DNA of 64,000 bases from an uncultured virus (IMG/VR IMGVR_UViG_3300020221_001191) (IMGVR_UViG_3300020221_001191); one strand, 5' to 3'. Positions 28,501 through 37,827 are shown, counted from the first letter of the stretch. Numbers and translations: made by a program. Notes: generated by a model from the sequence alone, not told the origin.

Positions 28501-30936
28501 GGAACCAATGGAACATCAGGATCTTCAGGTTCGAGCGGTACTAACGGAACTTCAGGAACCAACGGAACAAGTGGTACGAATGGTACTTCAGGTACAAACG
28601 GAACATCAGGATCAAGTGGTACTAATGGTACTAGCGGATCATCAGGAACTAACGGTACTAGCGGAAGTTCAGGATCTTCGGGTACAAATGGTACATCAGG
28701 ATCAAGTGGAACTAGCGGTTCTTCAGGAACTAACGGTACTAATGGAACATCAGGGTCAAGCGGGACTAATGGAACTTCAGGTACAAGTGGAACAAATGGA
28801 ACCAGCGGAACTAATGGTACTTCAGGGACAAATGGTACTAGCGGTAGTTCAGGGACAAATGGTACATCAGGTACTAATGGAACTAGCGGGACAAATGGGA
28901 CAAGCGGAACTAGTGGGACCAACGGCACATCAGGGTCTAGTGGAACAAATGGAACTTCAGGCTCAAGCGGTACCAATGGAACATCAGGAAGTTCGGGCAC
29001 GAATGGTACAAGTGGGTCTTCAGGCACTAACGGTACGTCAGGAACTAATGGAACCTCAGGAACGAACGGTACGAATGGTACTTCAGGAACAAATGGAACA
29101 TCAGGTACTAATGGAACAAATGGTACTAGCGGTACAAATGGAACATCAGGTACAAACGGAACATCAGGTACCAACGGTACTAGTGGAACGTCGGGAACAA
29201 ATGGAACCAACGGTACAAGCGGTACCAATGGTACAAGTGGAACTAACGGAACTAGTGGTACAAACGGAACAAATGGTACTTCAGGCACAAACGGAACCTC
29301 AGGAACAAATGGAACCAACGGTACAAGCGGTACAAATGGAACATCAGGTACCAACGGTACTAGTGGAACGTCGGGAACAAATGGAACCAACGGTACAAGC
29401 GGTACCAATGGTACAAGTGGAACATCGGGCACAAACGGAACCTCAGGAACAAATGGAACCAACGGTACAAGCGGTACAAATGGAACCAACGGAACTTCAG
29501 GTACAAACGGGACAAATGGTACTAGCGGAACTAACGGTACTTCAGGTGTTAACGGAACAAGTGGTACAAATGGTACTTCAGGCACTAACGGTACGTCAGG
29601 AACAAATGGAACTAGTGGTACATCACCGTCGGTACCGGGAGGGGGGGGCAAAGTTTTAACATCAGATGGGTTGGGTGGGATTACGGCAGAATCAAATTTA
29701 ACTTTTGATGGTACAGAATTAATCGTGACAGGTTATCAAAGAGTTGTTGATACAGTGGGAGGGGCACTTGGAAGTTTAAGAGTGGATAGTGCTGTCACTA
29801 ACTTTTTACACAACGCAATATCTGTAACCAATACAGGAGATTTTACTAACACAAATTCATTAGTGGGTGTTAATGTGGATGTTACGGATGGTATTTTTTC
29901 TAACACATGTTTTGCAGGTTCAACATTTTCCGCATACGGTAGTAATTATGGTATCGATTTGAGAAACAGTTCCACCGAAACCGGTTCTTCACAATACGGA
30001 GCGTCAGTTAGTGTAAACGGTTCAGGACCAACAGAAAAGTATGGGTATTATGGTTCTGTTAGTAATACTTCAGATTATAATTATGGTGTTTATGTCAATG
30101 TTGAGGACGCGACTGTGGAGAACTACGGACTTTATTCAAGAATTGCTAGTAGTGTTGGAGACACATACGGGTTTTATATATCAAATACAGGTACGGATTC
30201 AGGTGGTTCTGATTTACATTATGGTGGAAAAATTCTTGTTAGTGGTATAGGTCAACCAACAAGTACAGTAAAATACGGGTTGGAAATTGATTTGACTGGT
30301 GATGCAAAAATTAATTATGGAGTTCACATTGATGTTGCAGGCGCAACAGACAATTTTAGTATTGTTACTCAAAATGGTTTTGCAATTTTTAATAACCTTG
30401 GCACATCAACCGCAGATTTTCAAGTCAAAGGAGACACGGATGATAATCTTATTTATGTTGATGCCTCCACAGATAATTTAGGGATTGGGACAAACTTACC
30501 ATCAAGAAAATTACATGTAAATGGTGATTATACTTTTGTTCACAACCCAACTTCAGAATTAACTTCATCTGTTAGTGGTTATGGTGATATAGTAACATTT
30601 GGTTCGGGAAGTTTAACAGCAGGTGATTTATACTATTTGACAAGTTTGGGGTCTTGGTCGGCAACTGATGCAGATGCAGCGTCAACAGCAACAGGAATGT
30701 TAGCGTTTGCGTTGGGGTCCTCCGCATCGGACGGTATGTTAGTTAGAGGTTATATTAGAAATTCAGGATTTACAACAAATACAGGTAACATAGTCTATGT
30801 CTCAACAACCACAGGTGCTGTAACTACAACCGCACCATCAGGTAGCGGAGACATTATTAGAATTATTGGTTATAGTATAGACGGAACAAATGAAATAATT
30901 TATTTTAACCCTGATAATAGTTGGGTAGAGGTTTAA
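25576..30936 (+). CDS. Giant Gly-X-X repeat (collagen-like, Pro-free) fibre protein
   Basis: About 1300 aa of GTS/GSS/GTN/GTD triplets; C-terminal beta-repeat region, GIGTNLPSRKLHVNG fibre motif and terminal globular domain; TATTTAT upstream. Confidence 0.85.
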   Translation: MPQYNRLTDRSRVSAVTLNDIIHVVVTGDTSQSPQGSSYFAPLSDLQSILSGSSGTNGTSGTNGTSGTNGTSGINGTSGSSGTSGSSGISGTSGSSGTSGVSGTNGSSGSSGTSGINGTSGSSGIDGSSGTSGSSGTNGTSGTNGFDGTSGSSGTSGSSGLSGTDGTSGSSGTSGTDGTSGTNGTSGTDGSSGTSGTSGSSGIAGTSGTSGSSGIDGTSGTSGSSGIDGTSGTSGSSGTSGTNGTDGSSGTDGTNGSSGTSGTNGTDGSSGTSGSSGTNGTSGSSGSSGTSGSSGTNGTSGSSGTSGTNGTNGTSGSSGTDGTSGSSGTNGTSGTNGTSGTNGTSGTNGTNGTSGTNGTSGTSGSSGTDGTSGSSGTSGSSGTNGTSGSSGSSGSSGSSGTDGTSGTSGSSGIDGTSGTSGSSGSSGTSGSSGSSGTNGSSGTSGTSGSSGTDGTSGTSGSSGTSGSSGTSGSSGTSGSSGTSGSSGTSGSSGSSGTDGTSGTSGSSGSSGSSGTDGTSGTSGSSGTSGSSGTDGSSGTSGSSGTSGSSGSSGTSGSSGSSGTSGSSGSSGTSGSSGSSGTDGTSGTSGSSGTSGSSGTSGSSGSSGTSGSSGTSGSSGSSGTSGSSGSSGTDGTSGTSGSSGSSGSSGTSGSSGTSGSSGSSGTDGTSGTSGSSGTDGTSGSSGTDGTSGTSGSSGTSGSSGSSGTSGSSGSSGTNGTSGTDGTSGTSGSSGTSGSSGSSGTSGSSGSSGTSGSSGSSGTSGSSGSSGTSGSSGSSGTSGSSGSSGTNGTSGTDGTSGTSGSSGTSGSSGSSGTSGSSGSSGTSGSSGSSGTSGSSGSSGTSGTSGTSGTNGTSGTNGTSGTNGTSGSSGTNGGSGTDGTSGSSGTNGTSGSSGTNGTSGSSGTNGTNGTSGSSGTNGTSGTNGTSGTSGSSGTSGSSGSSGTNGTSGSSGTNGTSGSSGTNGSSGTNGTSGSSGTNGTSGSSGSSGTNGTSGTNGTSGTNGTSGTNGTSGSSGTNGTSGSSGTNGTSGSSGSSGTNGTSGSSGTSGSSGTNGTNGTSGSSGTNGTSGTSGTNGTSGTNGTSGTNGTSGSSGTNGTSGTNGTSGTNGTSGTSGTNGTSGSSGTNGTSGSSGTNGTSGSSGTNGTSGSSGTNGTSGTNGTSGTNGTNGTSGTNGTSGTNGTNGTSGTNGTSGTNGTSGTNGTSGTSGTNGTNGTSGTNGTSGTNGTSGTNGTNGTSGTNGTSGTNGTNGTSGTNGTSGTNGTSGTSGTNGTNGTSGTNGTSGTSGTNGTSGTNGTNGTSGTNGTNGTSGTNGTNGTSGTNGTSGVNGTSGTNGTSGTNGTSGTNGTSGTSPSVPGGGGKVLTSDGLGGITAESNLTFDGTELIVTGYQRVVDTVGGALGSLRVDSAVTNFLHNAISVTNTGDFTNTNSLVGVNVDVTDGIFSNTCFAGSTFSAYGSNYGIDLRNSSTETGSSQYGASVSVNGSGPTEKYGYYGSVSNTSDYNYGVYVNVEDATVENYGLYSRIASSVGDTYGFYISNTGTDSGGSDLHYGGKILVSGIGQPTSTVKYGLEIDLTGDAKINYGVHIDVAGATDNFSIVTQNGFAIFNNLGTSTADFQVKGDTDDNLIYVDASTDNLGIGTNLPSRKLHVNGDYTFVHNPTSELTSSVSGYGDIVTFGSGSLTAGDLYYLTSLGSWSATDADAASTATGMLAFALGSSASDGMLVRGYIRNSGFTTNTGNIVYVSTTTGAVTTTAPSGSGDIIRIIGYSIDGTNEIIYFNPDNSWVEV
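25729..29625 (+). repeat. 9-bp-period coding repeat with higher-order duplications
   Basis: GGN-ACN-(TCA/AGY/AAY/GAY) units; near-exact blocks at 27715/27931 (216-bp spacing) and 29158/29338 (180-bp spacing). Confidence 0.9.
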
Positions 30937-30940
30937 TAAT

Positions 30941-31456
30941 ATGACAAAATTTAACGGTTTTGATTTTTATGATAAAAAACAAGTTGTTCTAACAAGTGGG
31001 ATTCCAAGTGCATATGTTAATGCGGCATCCAATACAAAAATCACTTCGGTATTTGTTCCAGCAAATACCTTTGCGGCTGGTGATATTTTGAGTATAGAGT
31101 GGGTTATTCGGTTAACAGGTGCAACTTCAGGAAACACTACTCTTTTTTTGTATTGGAATGAGACAGATGATTTAACAACACCGACTCAGTTACAAACTCG
31201 TAATACCTCCAATGCGACTGTTAGTAAGAGGAATTCTCTTAATAGGAGACTTTCAATTGCCGTTGCTAATGGAACAGGTAATGGGTCAATTATGTATGGT
31301 GTTGCCGGAGCACAAGATACAGATTTTCCTGCAGTAACTTTTGCAATATCAAGTGGATTAGTATTAAATTGGACCATAGACTCTTACATAGTGTTATCCG
31401 GTTTTTCTACTATAAATACAGGAATTAGAACAGAGTTTTTCAAAGTTAGTAATTAA
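30941..31456 (+). CDS. Fibre-associated protein, paralog 1 (PANTF family)
   Basis: VPANTFAAGD...LYWN...LNWT.DSYI shared with two neighbouring genes. Confidence 0.75.
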   Translation: MTKFNGFDFYDKKQVVLTSGIPSAYVNAASNTKITSVFVPANTFAAGDILSIEWVIRLTGATSGNTTLFLYWNETDDLTTPTQLQTRNTSNATVSKRNSLNRRLSIAVANGTGNGSIMYGVAGAQDTDFPAVTFAISSGLVLNWTIDSYIVLSGFSTINTGIRTEFFKVSN

Positions 31457-31461
31457 AAATT

Positions 31462-31722
31462 ATGGTATATTTAGAAAAAAAATTAAATACATTAGTTAAG
31501 TCTGTAGGTTCAGATGGGGCGTCATTTTTAGATGTCCCAAGAACTCTAACATTCACAATTGTCGATGAAGAGGGTCATAGTGGATATTTTTCAAATAATC
31601 CAGAGGATGTTTCAATAGAATTAGAGGAAAATATTATTTTTTTCAAAGTTAAAGACACTATAATTGATAATATTGAATTTCTCGATGCTCAAACAATGAT
31701 AAATTATATTTACGACTTATGA
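31462..31722 (+). CDS. Small acidic hypothetical protein
   Basis: 86 aa ORF within fibre operon. Confidence 0.65.
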   Translation: MVYLEKKLNTLVKSVGSDGASFLDVPRTLTFTIVDEEGHSGYFSNNPEDVSIELEENIIFFKVKDTIIDNIEFLDAQTMINYIYDL

Positions 31723-32246
31723 CAAAGATAATAGGTTTTAATATGTATAGTCCTTTTAAGACTATTAGTTTGACAACTCCTCAATCAACTACTTCTTCAT
31801 TAACAGAAGTTAAGTTGGGATCAGTACTTGTTCCCGCCAACACATTTGGGGCTGGCGATTCTTTGAAAATCGAGTGTTTTGCGAGAAAACAAAATACAAA
31901 TGCAGTATCAAACATAAGGTTGTATTGGAATACCTCTGATAGTATATCATCACCAACACCAATTAGAATTGGTGAAAATTTAGGTATTATTGCAACGGCA
32001 ACAGCAATTCCAATAGTTAGAAGATTAGGTGTTGTAACATCGGATGGTTCAGGAAGCGGGTCAAGTGCCTTATTAAATACAGTTGATTTTTTTTCAGATT
32101 ACATAACATCAGCGGCCGGATTGTCTTCTGACCCAAGTAATTTGGCATTAAATTGGACTGTAGATAGTTATATTATATTGGCGGGTGATGTTGATAACGC
32201 ATCAGATATATTAAATTGTCAATGGATAAGAATTACAAATGGCTAA
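31719..32246 (+). CDS. Fibre-associated protein, paralog 2 (PANTF family)
   Basis: VPANTFGAGD...LYWN...LNWTVDSYI. Confidence 0.75.
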   Translation: MTKIIGFNMYSPFKTISLTTPQSTTSSLTEVKLGSVLVPANTFGAGDSLKIECFARKQNTNAVSNIRLYWNTSDSISSPTPIRIGENLGIIATATAIPIVRRLGVVTSDGSGSGSSALLNTVDFFSDYITSAAGLSSDPSNLALNWTVDSYIILAGDVDNASDILNCQWIRITNG

Positions 32247-32754
32247 AATAATCGGGTATAATGTTGGTGTTAAATATAAAGTTGTAACCACTACAACACC
32301 TGCGGGTAGTGTAAACTCAATTTCTAATACTTTAATTAATTCATTGTTAATTCCTGCAAATACATTTTCTTCAGGAGACATTGTTACGATAGAAACTTGT
32401 TTAACAAAAAGTGCAACTAATAATACTTTTAGTTTTTATTTTTATGTTAATACATCCGCAACACTTGTTGGTGCGACTTTAGTTGCAACAAACACATCAG
32501 TTGCAAGTAATGTAAGAGCGGCTCAACTTTATCGTAGACTTGCAGTCGATGTTGCTTCGGGTAGTGGTAATGGCACAATAATAATAAACACATCAATAGC
32601 TGCGAGAGATGATATAGGTGTCACAAATTATACTACAGGGTTTTCTACTTTAACAACTAATTGGACTACTGACCAATATTTAATTGTTTCAGGTTCTGTT
32701 GTTAGTACATCAGACACACTTAGTTGTCAGTGGATAAAGGCTTCGAACGGTTAA
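32239..32754 (+). CDS. Fibre-associated protein, paralog 3 (PANTF family)
   Basis: IPANTFSSGD...NWTTDQYL. Confidence 0.75.
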   Translation: MAKIIGYNVGVKYKVVTTTTPAGSVNSISNTLINSLLIPANTFSSGDIVTIETCLTKSATNNTFSFYFYVNTSATLVGATLVATNTSVASNVRAAQLYRRLAVDVASGSGNGTIIINTSIAARDDIGVTNYTTGFSTLTTNWTTDQYLIVSGSVVSTSDTLSCQWIKASNG

Positions 32755-35700
32755 CTATCTATTATCTATGTAAATTATTACTTCATTATAATATTCAATG
32801 AAGTGTTCGTTCCATAAATCCCATTTTATGTCAATACCATCAACAGAGAAAACTTGGTAATTTGGAAAATTTTTAAGGTAAGTGTTTCTAAATTTTCTAA
32901 AGTTTTCTTTACTTCCTTCATAATAATTTTCATTTAAGTGCCACTCTCCTACAATTTTTTTTACATTATTTTTAATAAACTCATAATTATCATCCGTAAA
33001 AATATCGTATTCACCACCCTCACAATCGGTTTTTAAAAAATCAATTTTATCTATATTGTATAAGTTCAAAAATTTTGCAAAAGTAATACTTTCCATTTCA
33101 TTTTGTGTACCCTTTACTGAGTTGAAAAGTCTGTCGTTTTTGGTAAGACAATCACTGTTCGATATTCCTTTCATGATATGTGTCACAGGGTTTCCTATTG
33201 TATTTTTTACAAGTGTTGGAAAAAGTTCTTTACAAGGTTCGAAACAAAAAATGTGTTTTGGTTTTTTATGTAATATTGAATAAGTAAATGGCCCTAAACT
33301 TGCACCAATATCCAAAACAATGTCACCCTCCTCAACCTCGAAAAATTTTTCATATATTTTATGTTCAAAAATTTCCTTTTTTATCGTCTCACTACACCAC
33401 TCGTTATTAGTTCCCCAATCAAATAAGACCTCATGTACATGATGTGTATTTTCTTCTTTATTTATAATCTTATCTATTTCTTTTATCACCATTTCAGATG
33501 TTATTTGTTTTGAACATTCAAACATTTTTTCACTTCCTTTATGTAAAGGACACCAATTCCAATCACCGGCATCTAACCTGTCCCAATTAAAACATCCATG
33601 ACATACATCTTCATTTATGACTCTATATGTATCCAAAGTTGTTTCTGTCCATTTTTTACTAAATCCCGAAATAAGAACTATTGGTAACTTACAAGCCCAA
33701 GCCAACCATGAAAGGCCTGAACCGAGACCTACAAAAAATTCACATGTTGAAAGTTCATTTATTACTTCTTGTAAATCACCCCCATTGTATATTTTAACAC
33801 CTTTTGGATAATAGTTACCCATATAACCATTTCCTTCTTTTGAATAAATTACACATTCATATCCAAGTGAATTCAAATAATCAACAACTTCTTGCCAACC
33901 ATTTTTGTTATTCCAATATTTTGCTTGAGCTGTTGAGTGAAAACCAATACCTGCTTTTTTCTTTTTTGAAACCTCAGGAAGATTAAGTTTTGGTCTTATT
34001 TCATTATAGTCTAATCCAAGAATATCAGTTGCAGTTTTTTGTAGTGGTTGAAGTTTAAAATCATTTGGATGTCTATTTTGATTAAACTTACCACTTTCAT
34101 TATAGTACCATCCAAGTTGATATTGTGCAAAGATATTATAAACAATAACCCCTGGCTCAACAAACTCTATTTCAGGGTATTGGTCAACAAACAAACTATT
34201 TAAAAAAGTTGATACAATGAGTTTGCAATTATGTTTTTTTCTAAATTCTTCGCAGTAAGGCATCCAAGCCAAAGTGTCCCCTAATGACTTTGAGCCAAAC
34301 GATATATATACTCTTTTATTTTCTAAATTTAATATATCTGAAAAAACAACATTTCCATTTTCTTTAATTTCAGTTTTCCATGCTGTAAAATATTCTCTAT
34401 TAAGTTTGACCCAAGAATTCATATCAATATTGTTGTTATAAATTATATTATTTTTTTCATCATAAAATGCAACTTCAAATTTTGAATTGCCGTCACCTAC
34501 TATTTCAAGATAAGGGTTTACAACAAAATGTTGGTTTATTTTATAATCCTTATCAATCTTTTTGTTTTCAACAAAATCACAATTTTGTACTTTGTTATAA
34601 AACTTAAATAACTGATTTCCAAAACTTTCTTCTTCTTTGATAATGTAAGTTTTTTTGTCCTCGATTAATTGAATTAATTTTTTTGAAATATCTTCGAAGT
34701 TATTTGAATCAATTGGAGTAATGTAGTCATCAAACATTCCCATGTATTGAGGTAAATTTCTTGTTAAAATTTTAAGACCATAACTTATGGACTCACGAAC
34801 CACAAGAGGATTACACTCAACTAATGAATTAAACATTAAAACATCTGATGCAATCATAAAGGATTCAACATCATTTCTTTCACCCCAAATGGTTACGTTA
34901 GATGGTAAGTTTTCCATGAGTGGACCCCAATAGTATTCAAAATTTTCGGCCTGATTTCCAACAAAATGGAATTGAATGTTTGGATGAGTTTTTTCTAAAA
35001 TACGAGCAATTTCAATACCTTCTTTTTGATTTTTTCCTTCTGTCCATAACCCAACATTAAGAACATGGGTTTTTGTTAAATCTAAACCTAATTGTTCTCT
35101 TCGATTAATTTTTTCAATCAACGGAACTTTATGTTCTGTTTTTGAAATTGTGTTTTTGTGGTATAAATAACTCACCTTATCCTCCAATGGATATGTAATG
35201 ACTTCTTTAGGTGATTGTTTTTTATTATAAAGATTTTCTAAATGATATGGCGTTACAAAACAATAATAATCTGGTTCAAAATTTTTATTGTTATTTGCAT
35301 TGTACCAAATATTATGACAAGACTCAACAATTTTATAAGACCTATTGTTATTATAAATCTCGTTTAAAATATTAAGAGGTATTTTGTTAAAACTTTCAAA
35401 ACCTTCAGGTACTTCTTCGAAATGAACAATATCTATATTGTTATTTTTTATTATATCAAATAACTCTATTTTTTTTTCTTTTTCTGTAAAAGAACCAAGA
35501 GAAATGAAATGATTATTTCCTAACAAATCTATAATTTTATTTCTTTGTACCAAATAAATTGTGCTAAACTGCGAATATTCAACCAAATATACTTCAATTT
35601 CATTTTTGAATTTTTGCAAAGATTCAATTCTTTTTAATACAAATTGTGGCATCCCTCCTGTTGAAAGGTGAGGAACCACATACATCAACTTTAATTTCAT
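32755..35700 (-). CDS. Tri-domain enzyme: GT4-like + AAH/TibC-like protein O-heptosyltransferase + FkbM methyltransferase
   Basis: PHLSTGGMP and E..PLVVRES (GT4); SLGDTLAWMPYCEEFRKKH, FVGLGSGLSWLAWA, CHGC..CP..C; LDIGASLG, LKTDCEGGE (FkbM). Confidence 0.8.
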   Translation of the reverse strand: MKLKLMYVVPHLSTGGMPQFVLKRIESLQKFKNEIEVYLVEYSQFSTIYLVQRNKIIDLLGNNHFISLGSFTEKEKKIELFDIIKNNNIDIVHFEEVPEGFESFNKIPLNILNEIYNNNRSYKIVESCHNIWYNANNNKNFEPDYYCFVTPYHLENLYNKKQSPKEVITYPLEDKVSYLYHKNTISKTEHKVPLIEKINRREQLGLDLTKTHVLNVGLWTEGKNQKEGIEIARILEKTHPNIQFHFVGNQAENFEYYWGPLMENLPSNVTIWGERNDVESFMIASDVLMFNSLVECNPLVVRESISYGLKILTRNLPQYMGMFDDYITPIDSNNFEDISKKLIQLIEDKKTYIIKEEESFGNQLFKFYNKVQNCDFVENKKIDKDYKINQHFVVNPYLEIVGDGNSKFEVAFYDEKNNIIYNNNIDMNSWVKLNREYFTAWKTEIKENGNVVFSDILNLENKRVYISFGSKSLGDTLAWMPYCEEFRKKHNCKLIVSTFLNSLFVDQYPEIEFVEPGVIVYNIFAQYQLGWYYNESGKFNQNRHPNDFKLQPLQKTATDILGLDYNEIRPKLNLPEVSKKKKAGIGFHSTAQAKYWNNKNGWQEVVDYLNSLGYECVIYSKEGNGYMGNYYPKGVKIYNGGDLQEVINELSTCEFFVGLGSGLSWLAWACKLPIVLISGFSKKWTETTLDTYRVINEDVCHGCFNWDRLDAGDWNWCPLHKGSEKMFECSKQITSEMVIKEIDKIINKEENTHHVHEVLFDWGTNNEWCSETIKKEIFEHKIYEKFFEVEEGDIVLDIGASLGPFTYSILHKKPKHIFCFEPCKELFPTLVKNTIGNPVTHIMKGISNSDCLTKNDRLFNSVKGTQNEMESITFAKFLNLYNIDKIDFLKTDCEGGEYDIFTDDNYEFIKNNVKKIVGEWHLNENYYEGSKENFRKFRNTYLKNFPNYQVFSVDGIDIKWDLWNEHFIEYYNEVIIYIDNR

Positions 35701-35750
35701 AATTTGAAAATAATTTATTCATATTATTTGTGAAGTTTCTTACATTTTAA

Positions 35751-36740
35751 GTGATGAAAAAAGTTTGTTTGGATTTATCTCAATCAAGAGCTCTTGGTGA
35801 TACATTATGTTCAACACCAACGATTAGAAAATTATATAATTCTTATAATCAAAAAATTTCCATTATAACTCACCACAAAGAAATTTTTAAAAACAATCCA
35901 TATGTTGATGTTATTTTCGATGTTGATGTGGAAAATCTAACAGATGAGTATGAAATTTTTAATTCCTTTGATGTTTTTTATAAACCAAATGGTGTTTGTA
36001 ATAAACATAATGTTATGGATATACGACAATTTCATGCAATTAATCTTGGGTTCATGTTAACAAAAAATGAAATGACCTTAGATTATATTCCATCACAAAC
36101 TTCAATTATGAAAGAAATTCCAAGAAAATATGTTTTAATTCATCCCGTACAGAATTGGAATTCAAGAACTTGGTCAATTGATAATTGGAGGGTACTAACA
36201 AAATTATTAAACGAGCAAAATATAAATGTGGTTTCAATTGGAAAAAATTCATCTGAGTTTGGAGGTTCAAATGTGGAAAAACATGTTTTTGATTTTGATA
36301 TTGATTTGGGGGTTAATTTAATGAACAAAACAACTTTAGATGAAACATGGAACTTGATTGAATATTCATTGTGTTTTGTTACAATGGACTCAGGACTTTT
36401 ACATTTGGCAGGAACAACCGATGCTCAAATAATTCAACTTGGAAGTTCAATAAACTATGAATTTAGAGCTCCTTATAGAAATGGTTCACAAGATTACAAA
36501 TATTCTTACGTTGGTGGTGGTTGTAATTTGGCATGTGCTTCTGATATGAAACATGGGGTAAAAGAATGGGGGTCAATTCAAGGGATACCCCCACTTGTTA
36601 ATTGTTTAGAAAATAAAAAATCATTTGAATGTCATCCTACGGTATTACAGGTATATAGAAAAATAATGGAATTACTGCAGTCTGTATTTATAATATATGG
36701 CAACATTCAAGACATGAATTTTTTTCAAGTCAAAGTTTAA
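35751..36740 (+). CDS. GT9 (heptosyltransferase-like) glycosyltransferase
   Basis: ALGDTLCSTP, VTMDSGLLHLAG, C-terminal Cys cluster. Confidence 0.8.
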   Translation: MMKKVCLDLSQSRALGDTLCSTPTIRKLYNSYNQKISIITHHKEIFKNNPYVDVIFDVDVENLTDEYEIFNSFDVFYKPNGVCNKHNVMDIRQFHAINLGFMLTKNEMTLDYIPSQTSIMKEIPRKYVLIHPVQNWNSRTWSIDNWRVLTKLLNEQNINVVSIGKNSSEFGGSNVEKHVFDFDIDLGVNLMNKTTLDETWNLIEYSLCFVTMDSGLLHLAGTTDAQIIQLGSSINYEFRAPYRNGSQDYKYSYVGGGCNLACASDMKHGVKEWGSIQGIPPLVNCLENKKSFECHPTVLQVYRKIMELLQSVFIIYGNIQDMNFFQVKV

Positions 36741-37311
36741 TTTTTCTTTGGTTTGAATTTTTTTAAGTATTGATGGTTTTTTGTTTTCAATTGGGTATTG
36801 AAGAACTTTTTTATAAACTTTTTCTAATTCGAACGTTTTTAAATGATATGGAGTTACAAACAAATATGAGTCAGGACGAAATTTTCTGTTTTTTGGATCA
36901 AACCAAATGTTATGACATGTCTCAACAATCTTCCAAGTTCTTTTGTTATCATATAACTCGGTAAGAATACTAATTGGAATTTGATTGAAACTTTCAAACC
37001 CTTCAGAAATTTCTTCAATGTGAACAATATCAATTTGATTTTTTTTTATGATATCAACTAACTTATTTTTTTTTTTCGATATGGTTTGGTGTTCCCAAAG
37101 AATAAAAATTATCTTCACCGATTAGGTCTATTATTTTATTTCTTTGGACAACATATTGATTACCAAAATAAGAATATTCAACAACGTTTACTTTAAAATT
37201 ATTATATAAAGATTGAATTCTTTTCAATGCAAATTGGGGCATCCCACCTGTTGATAAGTGAGGAACAACGTATAATATATTAATTTTTATCGATAGAAAA
37301 TTTTGTTTCAT
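36672..37311 (-). pseudogene. Truncated, frameshifted paralog of the GT4 domain of 32755..35700
   Basis: YVVPHLSTGGMPQFALKRI identity; A11 frameshift at 37066-37076; similarity ends abruptly at HVLNV near 36702. Confidence 0.8.
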
Positions 37312-37404
37312 TTAACTTAATAATAAAAAACATTTAAAAAAAATCATTTATTTATTATTAATTTCGAACTATTTGAAATTAAAATCGATCTTTTACTTAA
37401 AAAA

Positions 37405-37827
37405 TTATTGTGTAATACACGGATTCCAACTTGGTGTTGGTGTTGGACTGTTGCTCACGGTAGGGGTTGGAGTTGGGGTTGATGTTGTGGTTGGTGTTAA
37501 TGTTGGAACTTTACAAGGATCGATAGATGGTGTTGGTGTTATCGTTGAAGTTGGAGTTGGTGTGGGGGTTTTTGTTGGAGTAATAGTCGGAGTTGGTGTA
37601 GGAGTCGGTCTAACAACATCTAAAAAATAAGGACAATTAGAAAAAACAGGTTTGATAGTATATGATCCATATATTTCTCTTGGTGGATATAATAAATGAG
37701 GTTCAAATAAGAATGGTAATGTTATTTCGTGTAAATTAATGACAACATCATCATTGGGGGGTTTGAATAACACTTCTGCTAATTCACCATCATAAAAAAC
37801 ACTTCGAATTATTATATTTTGACTCAT
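37405..37827 (-). CDS. Pro-Thr-rich (mucin-like) putative virion protein
   Basis: C-terminal half is PTPTPT... with DPC/NPC motifs; translationally coupled to upstream gene. Confidence 0.75.
   Translation of the reverse strand: MSQNIIIRSVFYDGELAEVLFKPPNDDVVINLHEITLPFLFEPHLLYPPREIYGSYTIKPVFSNCPYFLDVVRPTPTPTPTITPTKTPTPTPTSTITPTPSIDPCKVPTLTPTTTSTPTPTPTVSNSPTPTPSWNPCITQ

Noticed and set aside
25677..29651. 1324-aa minus-strand Val-Pro ORF, 932-aa plus-strand Gln/Val ORF (26861..29659) and smaller overlapping ORFs
   Set aside because: Shadow frames of the 9-bp Gly-X-X repeat; they start and end with the repeat and have no unique domains
32755..37311. Invertible (shufflon-like) segment suggested by strand switches and paralogous GT starts
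   Set aside because: The two GT paralogs are co-oriented and diverged; no flanking inverted repeats or recombinase found
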